Part shown: positions 49,829 through 60,300 of the stretch, one piece after another | Position numbering within the stretch: position 1 is the first letter of the stretch | How the letters are laid out: each line of letters begins with the position of its first letter | Assembly (NCBI GenBank): GCA_001689515.1 | Contig: LUJR01000039.1 | Location: forward strand, 83,544-147,543 | DNA length: 64,000 bases | Origin: Bacteroidales bacterium M7 | GTDB taxonomy: Bacteria > Bacteroidota > Bacteroidia > Bacteroidales > Muribaculaceae | Reading direction: 5' to 3' | Notes under the pieces: generated by a model | What the model was told of the DNA's origin: nothing | Database searches by the model: none | The model's input: the letters and a program-made list of their open reading frames with translations, nothing else | Made by a program: the position numbers and the translations under genes

Positions 49829-51766
49829 TTATGACAATGTATAGTTTTTGGCGGTGGCTACGGCTATCTCGTCCTCGGTTAGCTGGGCGAGGTTGTCCGC
49901 GCCCATCTGTAGGCGGAGAGTAGTACTCCCCGTGTTGTCGCCGAGGTTGGCTATGAGATTGCGGAGATTGTCAACCGAGAGCACTGAGCTTTTGAAGTCG
50001 ATGCTGCCGGTGAAGCCTGGCTCGATGGTTATGGCTGTAACTGCGGTGCTATTGAGGTAAAATGAGACACCAATCTGAGCCCCGAAATGCAATCTCACGT
50101 CCTTATTGGGCCAGTTAAGTCCAGTAGAGAAAGTAACTACCTTTGGAAGATACACATCTATGTTGGTTGCATTTCGCAGCAAACCGCCGTTGCCCGATAT
50201 GGTAACTGCTGACGGAAGCCTTAATTCACGGAGATTAGGCATGTTCATCGTGAAAAAGCCGTTACCAAAGAATATTGTTTCTACCGAGGGCAAGGTCAGG
50301 CTTTCGATTTTAGGCAGTTTGAAACTTATGCTGCTAATCCACAACGCTTTGAGTTTTGGGAGCGACAAATAGACCAGATTTTCAAGCAGTCCAAACACAT
50401 CTGCCGCCGGTGCTTCCACCAGGACAGGAAGCGAGAGCCGCTTCAAGGCTGGGCAAGCAGCCGCTATAACGCCGGTGGCAGACTCGAGACTCGGGAGGGA
50501 CAACTCAGACAGAAGAGGCAGATTTGATGCAATTGCCCCAGAGGCTCGTTTCAGTTCCAGCAGTGTCAACTGCCGGAGAGTTGCACAGTTGGATGCTATA
50601 GCACGTCTGCATGACTCGAGGTCGGGCATCTCCAGCACCTGTACGTTTCCGCCCGACACTATGGCAGATCCCGACGGCAGCTCCGATACGCCTCCAATGA
50701 CCACGGACGCACCGTATGCGCCTACGGAGAAGTCGTGACCGTCATAGCTGGCGGGGGCAGAGTCGATGAACAGGTTGACGAACGGACGCGCTGTGGAGGC
50801 GGAGAACGTGGGATGTGAGCCGAGACAGGCTATGTCAAGCACCTCCACGCCATCGGGCCACGGCATCGCAAAGAAGTCCTCACGGAAGTAGCATACTGCG
50901 TAGTGGGCGGCTTCGCCGTCGGTGAACGTATGCTCCGCGCCGCTTTCGGCGATCCATGTGCCGTCAGACAGCACACAGGCATCGGCAGCCCCGAGCTTCA
51001 CGGTGTCGCCTGTGAACGAGAAGCCTATGCAGTGGGGATAGTCGGCGCGGCGGTGTCGGTTGACCTCAGCGACCATGTCGTAGCGCGAATAAGCACCCCT
51101 CGCGGTCACATGCTCACGCGCTCCGACAGCGGTATCCGGGATCTGGTAGAGCGTCCTGACTGACTGCGCCATCTCCGCCATGGGCGCATCCGCTGCGGTG
51201 GGTATGCCCTGATCGGTGAGGGCTTGGGCTATCTCGCGCTTGCCCTGTCGGAGATCGCTGATGGTGGCAGCCAGATCAGGCAGCATACCTACGGAAGTCA
51301 TATATTCCTCCCGTGTGCCTTGGTAACCCACATGCACTGCCATGTCATAGGCATCAAGGAGTGCATAGGGCGCAAGCATCTCCATCACCGCACCGTCAGG
51401 AAGCGGCATGTAAGTGCCGCCCTCTGCCACAAGTTCCAAAGGAAGCTCAAGGCTGACATCGCATCTGCGCCTCCCCGTCTCAAACAGCTCGGAGGGCACA
51501 TATGCCGACAGCCGCAGACGAAGCTGACCCGGTGCGAGTCCGTGAGCCTCATGGAACAGACGCAGACCGCCGTCAACTTCGCAACAGTTGACGCATGCGC
51601 CGTCCACACGGCTCGAGACACACGCCCGCGCCTCGCTTTCGGTCCATATCCGGACGTGGATGTCCCCTATCATCGGCAATATGTTCCCGTCCCTGTCAGT
51701 CAGCTTGACAATGAAATCAAGGTCGGAGCGATAGTTTATGTGCGTTATTTTATCTTTTTGTGTCAT
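49829..51766 (-). CDS. Tail fibre / receptor-binding candidate with C-terminal BspA-type leucine-rich repeats
   Basis: 645 aa. The C-terminal ~280 aa show repeated L.L..L......I....F..C..L patterns (for example LRQLTLLELKRASGAIASNLPLLSELSLPSLESATGVIAAACPALKRLSLP). It is the last large gene of the tail module. Confidence 0.65.
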   Translation of the reverse strand: MTQKDKITHINYRSDLDFIVKLTDRDGNILPMIGDIHVRIWTESEARACVSSRVDGACVNCCEVDGGLRLFHEAHGLAPGQLRLRLSAYVPSELFETGRRRCDVSLELPLELVAEGGTYMPLPDGAVMEMLAPYALLDAYDMAVHVGYQGTREEYMTSVGMLPDLAATISDLRQGKREIAQALTDQGIPTAADAPMAEMAQSVRTLYQIPDTAVGAREHVTARGAYSRYDMVAEVNRHRRADYPHCIGFSFTGDTVKLGAADACVLSDGTWIAESGAEHTFTDGEAAHYAVCYFREDFFAMPWPDGVEVLDIACLGSHPTFSASTARPFVNLFIDSAPASYDGHDFSVGAYGASVVIGGVSELPSGSAIVSGGNVQVLEMPDLESCRRAIASNCATLRQLTLLELKRASGAIASNLPLLSELSLPSLESATGVIAAACPALKRLSLPVLVEAPAADVFGLLENLVYLSLPKLKALWISSISFKLPKIESLTLPSVETIFFGNGFFTMNMPNLRELRLPSAVTISGNGGLLRNATNIDVYLPKVVTFSTGLNWPNKDVRLHFGAQIGVSFYLNSTAVTAITIEPGFTGSIDFKSSVLSVDNLRNLIANLGDNTGSTTLRLQMGADNLAQLTEDEIAVATAKNYTLS

Positions 51767-51883
51767 AAAATCGGCATATATGATTGTTGTTTAGAGAATT
51801 ATGCGTATATTTGTATCTGAAGATCGTCCGCAGCCGATTCCGATTGCTATTGCTATCGTGAGAGCTGGCGGACGATTCTGATT

Positions 51884-53473
51884 TTATACGAGGGGAACAA
51901 GACCGAGACCACGTTTGTAGCTGAAATACAGCCAATCAGATTTGACCGCACCATGTACATAGAGCGGAGCAACGCGCCTCACTCTGAATACGCCGCAGCG
52001 CGGAGCGATGAAAAGCGCGGCACCTCCTATCGGCTGACGTTTAATTTTTGGATGGTATTTTTTCCATACCGATTTGCGCCGTGCATATTTTATCCTCTTT
52101 CCGTCAACGCCACGAGGCGCGTTGCCGCCGCTACGCTTGTTGACCCTTTTGCGCACCTGTATCTCCACATGCTTGTCTTTGACAAGCTCCTCAAGGCGGA
52201 AACGCCCTGAATCTGTGTTACTCTCCGGGACTGACAGCCTCCTATGAGGCTGTTGCATTGTTTTGTTGAAGCTGTTGGCAAAACTAAGCCTCCCATCGTG
52301 GTCTATATAGACATATTGCGGATATTCCTCACCATCATCCGGGATGGGCATGGGAAGATATAAACGAGGATGCCACTCTTTACCAACCATAGAGGAGGTA
52401 CATTGTGACAGGTCAAACCTGATAACATCCTGATCAAACACTCCGATAGTGCCAATTCCACCAGTGCTGAAATCGTCATCATTGGGAACCTGGAACTTAT
52501 CAAACAGACGTGAAATCTTTGTATCAACAGCTTGCCCGAAACTATGCGGCACACGGATCTCGGCGCAATAGCGGTCTCCCCCATAAATATCCGACTTGCG
52601 ATAGCGGCATTTATAAACCACCCCGGGACGCGATCCAAGACTGATGGTGCCACGCTGTATGTCGGGACGGATATACGAAGTCAACCTGTCGGTCTCGTGC
52701 GCCACATAATCTGCCATACGCTGCGCCTCATTTGCCGCATCATAGGCTTCCTGTGCCTTGGTCTGATTACCTATCTCGACAAGCTCCGATGATTCCGCGT
52801 CATAGCGGTAGAGATGTCCGTCACAACGAAACACCCTACCGGTCAAAGGTCGGAGCGGAGTGCCTATGTCATCAGTCTCATTATATCCATTGGTAGGCTC
52901 AGCCCTGCCTCCGCCCATGGATGTGTAAAACAGACGGTGGACGGTATCGAATACGATGCTTCCGCTCTTCACGCCAGCAAAAGCCCCCGAAGTGACATCG
53001 CCGAAAAATGTATCAAACGGTAATATGCCGATATCTCCTCTCAGATTGTCAACAGCATTTTCTATCAAACTGCCTACAGACGAATAATCCGGGCATTTAG
53101 CGATACGGCTGTTAAGCTCGGCAAGCATAGCCATCAGAGTCGCATCATCCTTAATGCCTGAGAGAAATGCAAACAGTTCCTTAAGATTGTCGATGCTGTC
53201 CGACAGGTCTCCGGTGCGTATAGCGTTGCACACTGACTCCAAGGCTGCCACACGGTTTCCGAGTGCCGACAATGTAGCCTTGGCATCCTCCACTCCTGAT
53301 GAGCCTGATTTAACCTTTTCATTGAGCCAGCGGAGCACGGTAGCCACTATGACATTAGTAATCTGACCTTTGGCTGTGGCATTTTCCACCTGCTGTATCA
53401 GGGTGTCAATGCGCGCCTGATCTGTGGTGAAATTTGAAAGTAAAGTATCCATATCAATTAAATTTTTCGTCAA
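51884..53473 (-). CDS. Tail fibre / baseplate-associated structural protein
   Basis: 529 aa with an N-terminal coiled-coil-like region. Its position in the tail module supports the call. No motif was recognised. Confidence 0.6.
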   Translation of the reverse strand: MTKNLIDMDTLLSNFTTDQARIDTLIQQVENATAKGQITNVIVATVLRWLNEKVKSGSSGVEDAKATLSALGNRVAALESVCNAIRTGDLSDSIDNLKELFAFLSGIKDDATLMAMLAELNSRIAKCPDYSSVGSLIENAVDNLRGDIGILPFDTFFGDVTSGAFAGVKSGSIVFDTVHRLFYTSMGGGRAEPTNGYNETDDIGTPLRPLTGRVFRCDGHLYRYDAESSELVEIGNQTKAQEAYDAANEAQRMADYVAHETDRLTSYIRPDIQRGTISLGSRPGVVYKCRYRKSDIYGGDRYCAEIRVPHSFGQAVDTKISRLFDKFQVPNDDDFSTGGIGTIGVFDQDVIRFDLSQCTSSMVGKEWHPRLYLPMPIPDDGEEYPQYVYIDHDGRLSFANSFNKTMQQPHRRLSVPESNTDSGRFRLEELVKDKHVEIQVRKRVNKRSGGNAPRGVDGKRIKYARRKSVWKKYHPKIKRQPIGGAALFIAPRCGVFRVRRVAPLYVHGAVKSDWLYFSYKRGLGLVPLV

Positions 53474-54638
53474 ATTCGTCCGAGAAAAGCCGTGGGGGCA
53501 ATCCTGTCTCTCCGTCTGCCATCGGAGGCAGCATTGCCATCTCCGATGCGCTGACTCTGAATGTCAACGTGAAGCTCTGAGGAGCATTGCCGTTGAGCGA
53601 TATATCCAGTTCGTCAGCCCCGGGGACAGCCTTGACCAGCGACGGTCCCAGCCCGTACAGATCCACAGATGAAGCCCCGAGCATGTCAAGCAGCAGCGGC
53701 AGCCGCCCGGCGGGTATCGGATCTGTCTCTATAGTGATCGTCGCCGACATGGCTGCCCGGTTACGCACCCGCTCGAAGTCTGCCACTGCTGCATCCCAGC
53801 GCATAAAGGCGCCATCGGTATCGTCGCTGTCATCATCTCCAAACGCCGGTGTACACGATATTTTGCCTGAAAGGCATATCACTTCCGGGACTTCAAAGGA
53901 GTTAAGGAAGCGGGCTGACAATTTATATCTGTACGATTTCGGGCATCCCTCGGTGATAATGATCCGGGCAACCGTCTTATCATTCAGCGTCATCTCATAG
54001 AGGTTAGACAGCGCATAATGGTTGTCAAAAATCTCCCGTCGGGCAGCATCGACATCAAGCGCATAGATTCCCCTGGTGTCAATCTCAGTCTCCATGACCG
54101 CGCCATATAGCAATTCGCGGAGCTTCAGACGGGCTGGACTGTCAGAGGTGGCATCAGGTACACAGAAATACAACGGCATCAGTTCGTCCTCGGGTATCTT
54201 GAGCAGCCATCCGTTAGATCGCGTTGTCAGGAAAGGTGCGCTTATCCCTATCAGCGGCACCGGGCGTGAGGCACGGAGATGTTGCTTAGACATCCGCCCT
54301 GGGAGGGCATACGCCGTCATGGTGTCATAACCAGACGGGGACACATCTACCTGATATGAGGTAAATGTAAGCTGCGTGCCAGCACCCGGCACCACCGTTT
54401 TCAGCCATCCGTCACCATCGGGTGCAGGATACGGCGGTATGAAATCCGACACCACATCCGACACATCGACTTCCACGGTCTGCCCGTCATCAAGGCTCAC
54501 CTTGCCTGTATAAATGTCGTTGTGTTCCAGGAGCACGGAATACTCGCAGACGGCAGGGAATCCGCCGTTGTTAGTGCATTTAAGCAACATCGGATTGCCA
54601 GCCAGCACTACAGGTGAGTCATCAGGGCTGAATTTCAT
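53454..54638 (-). CDS. Phage structural (baseplate-like) protein
   Basis: 394-aa ORF overlapping both neighbours (ATGA at 54635-54638). Confidence 0.6.
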   Translation of the reverse strand: MKFSPDDSPVVLAGNPMLLKCTNNGGFPAVCEYSVLLEHNDIYTGKVSLDDGQTVEVDVSDVVSDFIPPYPAPDGDGWLKTVVPGAGTQLTFTSYQVDVSPSGYDTMTAYALPGRMSKQHLRASRPVPLIGISAPFLTTRSNGWLLKIPEDELMPLYFCVPDATSDSPARLKLRELLYGAVMETEIDTRGIYALDVDAARREIFDNHYALSNLYEMTLNDKTVARIIITEGCPKSYRYKLSARFLNSFEVPEVICLSGKISCTPAFGDDDSDDTDGAFMRWDAAVADFERVRNRAAMSATITIETDPIPAGRLPLLLDMLGASSVDLYGLGPSLVKAVPGADELDISLNGNAPQSFTLTFRVSASEMAMLPPMADGETGLPPRLFSDEFDEKFN

Positions 54639-54859
54639 AGCACTATGGTTATGGCATTGACATCCCCGTAACGCGCCGTGCGCTTGCCAGCCATCGCCAG
54701 CAGCCGCTCGCGCTCGGGAGACGGGGTGGTGATAAATCGGTAAAAATCGCTGTTGCAGCCCATGAAATGCTCACGCCACAGGTCACGCAGAGACATTGTG
54801 GTATCTTCATCCGGAAGCATCGGGGCGGTATTCAAAGCTGTACTATCCATATGCCACAA
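54635..54859 (-). CDS. Hypothetical 74-aa phage protein
   Basis: Small ORF coupled by an ATGA overlap to the downstream gene. Confidence 0.5.
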   Translation of the reverse strand: MWHMDSTALNTAPMLPDEDTTMSLRDLWREHFMGCNSDFYRFITTPSPERERLLAMAGKRTARYGDVNAITIVL

Positions 54860-54892
54860 AAGTAATAGCTCGCATCAATCTGTCATAGGACA

Positions 54893-57349
54893 TCACGACT
54901 GCTTGTAACGTGCCTTGAGTTCCACTGTATATTTCGCGATGATTTTGACATCTCCGAGATGCTCCTGAAGCTCCGGGGGATTAACGCGGTCAGGATCCAT
55001 GTAATACTCTCCGATATGGTAGCCGATCCATACGCGGTATTTGTCGCGCTTGGTTTGCGATATGCCCTCAGGAGCGACGAGCGATGTGTCCGTCTCCCAA
55101 GTAGGCTCCATCTTCGCATGCCAGTAGTAATCGGCACGGACATCGGTATCATACGGCGGCACATAATCGGGATTGCGCTCCTTCCAGGATTTCACAGCAG
55201 CGTCACGGCAGACCTGTGATTGTATGACCGTATCGATGTCATCGCGGTAGAAGTACCACACAAGCTCACGCCCTCCGGGCTCGAACGTCGGGACACCCTG
55301 CTCAGCCACGATGTCATACGTGCCCAGCGGGGTCAACGACCGCATGGTCATATCCACGACATCAACCGGCATCAGAGGCAGCGAGTATGTAAACGTGTCG
55401 GGGATGCACTTCAACCCCCTCACGGTGACAGGATCAAACGGATGCACCTCCGGCAGCTGTGACGGACTGAAGCTGACTGGCAGCTCCACTGTCCGCGCCC
55501 CATGGCGGAGCAGCTCGTCATACTGCCGCCAGTAGCGGTCAAACAGTCCGCCCTTGAACTGGAACAGCAGCGACAACCGATGCTCCTTGCCTCCGAACCT
55601 GATGCGCTTGCCGTCAACTGTCTCGGGACAGAACATCCCTACTGTACCGCTGCGTCCAAGATACACGGCATCATGATTGTCAGGATTGGTAAAGGCAAAC
55701 ATAAACGCCAGCGGTGTCTCTGTGACATCTTCATCTTCCGAACCTTTGATGTAAGTGTGGAAGTGCCTGGAGCCAGCGAGATACATGGGAGCATATCCGA
55801 GAAAAGAAGCCATATGGGCTTCTCCTGAGAAACTATAGCGGACAAGCTCTATCGGCACACACTCGTCATCACCCGACAGCTCCAACGCTTCCATGCCCGA
55901 TGGTGACGGATCCCAGTTGAAGAAGCTCGTTGAACTTTCCACCGGCTGTCCGTTGTCACGGTCAAGTTTATGCCACATACATGTCCCCACCTCGTATGCC
56001 AGGATGTTACGCTCCTTGCGTGTAGCCCCTGACGATGCTTTGGCGGCGGTTCTCCCGGCTTCACCGCGGTCATCCCCACGGTCATCAACTTCATCATCCC
56101 AGTCTCCGCGCGGATCATCCCACGGGTCATCAGGCTCGGGCCAGTCTCCCGGGTCATCAGGATCCACCTCCGGGTCATCCTCATATGTGGGCCACTCGGA
56201 GTCAAAATCGCCGGTATCGGCGTTGAGCTTCCACTTGACGATCTCACGTCCATAATACAGACCGTCAAGCGTCAGTCCCTTCATGAAGTCCTCAAACCGT
56301 TCGCATGCCGGGGCTGCTCCCTCAAGACTCGTCTTGGCAGAGAGTTTCAGATAGCGCGGTTCCTCGAAATTGACCATAGGATAATTAGCCATCCTGTCAC
56401 CCCACTCTGCCACAGGAGCTTTGGCAAGTATTTCGCTCAGAAGCTCAAGGCGCACAGTCCGCGCATCAGAGTCAACGGCATAGACCAGACCGAAGCGCAC
56501 CCACAGGGCGTTAAGAAACTGCGTGACGGTCACATCCGGCAGCAGTTCCTTGTAACGGATAGTTGAAGTGACGAGCGCATCGGCGGCATTGTTGAGCACT
56601 ACTAAGCGCGAAAGTTCAAGTGATTCTTTAAAAGGGTTACTTGAAAGCTCCACCCCTAAATCTGCAAATATCAGCTCTATAACGCGCCATACCCTTACGA
56701 ACGGAGAAAGACCGTAGTTTGTAGGCACATTGACCTCGGTGTATTCATTGCCTATCATGCGCCACACTTTCTGAGGCTGCTGCATTGACTCAAGATGCGG
56801 GGCATTGAGCATCTCGTAGGCATAGTGTACCTGACCGAATTCGTCCTCGCTGACCTTGGGCGCGGCAAGCACCACCGGAAACACCGCCAGATCCTCATAT
56901 TCGCCATGCCTGTAATCGCCGGCATAGATACGTGTCATGGTTTCATGCACCACATCTTCCCTTATGTCCCGGTCATACAGCTTTATCTCTGGGAGACCTG
57001 ACAGGTCGGACAGCTTGCGGTTTTGCCACGCCTCGTAAGCCACGGAGTTGTCAAAACCTATATTGAGGGTTATACCCTCCTTGACTGAGGCGGAGACTAT
57101 GTTGACCGTGCCGGAGCGAGCCAGTGCGCCGCTGATGACCATGCACTTCCGCGCCTCCTGGCGCGGGTCGGCGCAGGCATCAAGGCGCGTGGGGAAGCCG
57201 AGCAGACGGAGATTGCGCGGAGTGGCTGGCACAGTCGCAGGGAGTGACTGTGTGCCTGTCTCGTTGAATATCGGATTTGTGACCTCCATATCGAGAGTGA
57301 ACGCAGCAGGGAGGTCAAGAGCTTCGTTGTTGATTTCTATACGTACCAT
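54893..57349 (-). CDS. Large distal-tail / baseplate protein with an acidic Asp-Pro-rich insert
   Basis: 818 aa, immediately downstream of the tape measure gene, which is the usual position of distal tail or tail-associated proteins. The acidic insert spans about aa 381-430. Confidence 0.65.
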   Translation of the reverse strand: MVRIEINNEALDLPAAFTLDMEVTNPIFNETGTQSLPATVPATPRNLRLLGFPTRLDACADPRQEARKCMVISGALARSGTVNIVSASVKEGITLNIGFDNSVAYEAWQNRKLSDLSGLPEIKLYDRDIREDVVHETMTRIYAGDYRHGEYEDLAVFPVVLAAPKVSEDEFGQVHYAYEMLNAPHLESMQQPQKVWRMIGNEYTEVNVPTNYGLSPFVRVWRVIELIFADLGVELSSNPFKESLELSRLVVLNNAADALVTSTIRYKELLPDVTVTQFLNALWVRFGLVYAVDSDARTVRLELLSEILAKAPVAEWGDRMANYPMVNFEEPRYLKLSAKTSLEGAAPACERFEDFMKGLTLDGLYYGREIVKWKLNADTGDFDSEWPTYEDDPEVDPDDPGDWPEPDDPWDDPRGDWDDEVDDRGDDRGEAGRTAAKASSGATRKERNILAYEVGTCMWHKLDRDNGQPVESSTSFFNWDPSPSGMEALELSGDDECVPIELVRYSFSGEAHMASFLGYAPMYLAGSRHFHTYIKGSEDEDVTETPLAFMFAFTNPDNHDAVYLGRSGTVGMFCPETVDGKRIRFGGKEHRLSLLFQFKGGLFDRYWRQYDELLRHGARTVELPVSFSPSQLPEVHPFDPVTVRGLKCIPDTFTYSLPLMPVDVVDMTMRSLTPLGTYDIVAEQGVPTFEPGGRELVWYFYRDDIDTVIQSQVCRDAAVKSWKERNPDYVPPYDTDVRADYYWHAKMEPTWETDTSLVAPEGISQTKRDKYRVWIGYHIGEYYMDPDRVNPPELQEHLGDVKIIAKYTVELKARYKQS

Positions 57350-57361
57350 GGTGATAAGTCA

Positions 57362-60300
57362 TCATTTTCTGGTGAACGGACTGCGGGCTTTGTCAAGCGT
57401 GGATCCGGCGCGCTGGATGTCTTTGTAGACCACGTAAGCCCGCATCTTGCGCATGGATCTGACTGTGGAGCGGAGGTCGGTCAGCGTGTCGCGCAGGGCT
57501 GCGACTTCCTCTGTCGACACGCTGGCAGCTGTGGGTGATGATGTAAATCCGCCATCGGCATATCCCTGATGGGCGGAGACAGCCGGAGCAAGACGGTTAC
57601 GGCGTATAGACTCTATGGTGCCCACGGCATCCACCACATATGGGTGTGTCATTATAGGCTTGGGGATTACATACTCGCCGCGGTGCACCACTCCGGCTAC
57701 CTCGTAGCGTCCGCCGTTGCCGGTGTAACCGCCATCGGAGTAGCCGGTAAGCTGACGAGTGACGGCGGGTGTGGATGTGTCGGACTTCTTCGCCGTGCGC
57801 TTAGGCTGTAGGTTCTTGATGCGCTCACGCTCGGCATTGGCTGTGGCTACCTGTATCGCACCTGTGGCTGCAATCAATGCTATTGCCGGGGCAGCAAATG
57901 CACCCAGCTGCGAGTATGCGGTCATAATCGCTACCGCCGTGTTGGCTATGATTTCGGCGACCTTGACGGCGAAATTAGCATCGGCATATTTCTTCTGAAT
58001 ATCCAGCTTGGCATTCTCCTTCTCCTCCTCGAGGGCGGCGGTGTCCTGACCGTTGTTTTCAGCCTGACGGATCAATTCGTCATACTTGGCATCGGAGGCG
58101 GCGATTTCATACTCCTGCATCGCCCCTACGGTGCTGGCGGCGAGGCTTTGGAAATAGGAGTAGTATTTCATCGCGTTTTTCATCTGGAGCTGGAGCTTCT
58201 TCTGCTGATACTGCTTTTCTTTCAGGAGACCTTGGGCGTGCTGCTGGTCAAGCAGAGCCATCTCGGCGGCGTATTCGTCAGCCCATGAGCCTGACACCTG
58301 AGCCTGGTGGTCGGTAAGCTGCACGAGTCTCTCGGCATCGAGCTGCGCCAGTGCGCGGTTCTTGGCTTCCTGAAGGGCTATGGTCTGGTCGGCGGTGAGC
58401 CCTTCCTGAGCGAGCATGCCGTCATACATGGCGATTACGGCAGCGCGGCGCACGTCCCACTGCTGCTCCATCGACTCCACGCTGTGGTCGTTGGCTATCA
58501 GTTCGCGGTACTTCGCCATGAAGTTGCCTGTGTCGGTCAGTATCTCGTTCTGCTTCGTCCGGATGGCTGCTGCCACCTTCGCCTCCGCCTTCTCGCGGTC
58601 ATCAGCAGACTCGTAAGTAAGCCCCTTGACCGTCTTGAGATAGCTTTGCAGCTCGGCAAGTTCCTGAGCATGGGCTTGCTTGCGGTAGACCATCAGCTCC
58701 ATGTCGGCGACCTCCTGGGTCTTGGTGCCGTCGATGACTGCCTGCTGCTGGGTACGCTCCTTCTCCTTGAGGTTGTCAGCAAACTGGGTCATGCGCTCCT
58801 CATGCCCCTTCTGTTCCTCGGCGATGATTGACTTGTTGATTTCGCCCTGTGCCTTGGTCAGAGTGCCTTTCCAGAGTATCAGCTGCATGTCTATCTCGTC
58901 AAGGGTCTGGTCATGCGACTCACTGGTAGATTCTCGCAGCTTTTTCAGAGCATCGATGGTCTCTTGGGCATAACGTTTCGTTTCCTCGGCAGTGGCGAGG
59001 GCATATGCGCCGGCTGTCATGGACGGTTTCTTATCGTCAATCTTCTGTTGACGCTCAAGGTGCTCGTTCTTGATGGGCGCGGTGACCTTCTTTAGCGAGT
59101 CATCCTGATACGTGCCCGGAGTATGCTTCTCAGCCTGAGTGCCGAGAAGTTCCTTCCTCTGGTTTTGCAGCTCCTTGAGTCTGGCAGACAGAGCCTTTAT
59201 GTCGGTGCCGGGCTTGGCATCCTTGAGCTGCTTCTGCAAGCCCTTGATCTCCGTGTTGAGCTTCTTGAGCTTGGTAGCGGCATCATCGGCAGTATTAGCT
59301 ACGACACCGAGCGGTTTACCCAAATCATTCTCGACATCAAATTTTGAAGTGTCAATATCACCATACATTTTCTCTAATTGGTCATTGACAGGTTTAATAG
59401 CCTCATAATTTGTTTTCTTCTCGTTATATGGGGCAATAAGTGATCGCAATTCGTCTCTCATAGCGTCACGTTCAGACTTCAATTGCTCGATGACAGGATC
59501 CAAATCTCTACGACCGAAGCTATGATCCCTCTTCCATTCGTATTCAGAAATTTGCAGGTTCTTCTTCTTTATTTGATCCTGCAAGTCTGTTATTTTATCA
59601 TATTCCAATCCCAGTTCGATTCCAAGTCTGAGCATCTCTTTTTCATTTTCCTTCATCAACTCCTGTGCTGCTTTGGCTTTGGCAACTTCACGGATGTTTT
59701 TAGCAAGACGGGCATACTGAATGCACGCCTTACCTACCATGATTTCTTCCGTTGACATATTGGCAAAATATGCGGGGTATAGACGTTGCAATTCTTTTGC
59801 CGCTGCTATACGCCTATTTGTAGATTTATACTGATTGGTCGCGGCATTGTAGAGCTTGTCAAGATTGGCAAGCTCCTCAGTAGCATATTTTTTTGTCCCG
59901 GCACTTAGATCGCTGATGCTTTTGCGGAACTCTTCAGTTCGTTTCTTAGCTTCTTCAAGTTTTTGTGCCGATTCATCAGCCTTGTCACCGAACAGGTCAA
60001 ATGCCACGATGACAGCCGAGATGACCGAGAGCAGCAACCCGAGAGGATTCAGTTTTACTATCAGGTTAAAAGCTCTCATACATGCTCCAGCTCTCGTCAC
60101 ATTTGTAGCAAACAGGGCTTTGGCGGCATTGACGAGCAGCAATAAACCCTTGTAAGCGGTCAGGAGTACGGATTGCCCTTTGATGGCTGCTGTCTCAAGC
60201 AATGTGGCTTTGGTGGAGCGTGTGATCCACAGGTAATAGGCTTTTTTCACCACGGTGGTCAGTATCAGACCTGCGCGGTAAGCAGCCCATGCGCCGGCTG

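Noticed and set aside
51823-51876. A 9-bp stem (atcgtccgc / gcggacgat) with a 36-nt loop containing short tandem attgct units, lying between two tail genes.
   Set aside because: The stem is short with a large loop. There is no flanking T-run and no second copy, so there is not enough evidence to call it a terminator or regulatory element.
49829-57349. A diversity-generating retroelement targeting the fibre or baseplate genes.
   Set aside because: The window holds no reverse transcriptase gene. I saw no template/variable repeat pair near the 3' ends of these genes. This was a visual check only, so a repeat search would be needed to exclude it formally.
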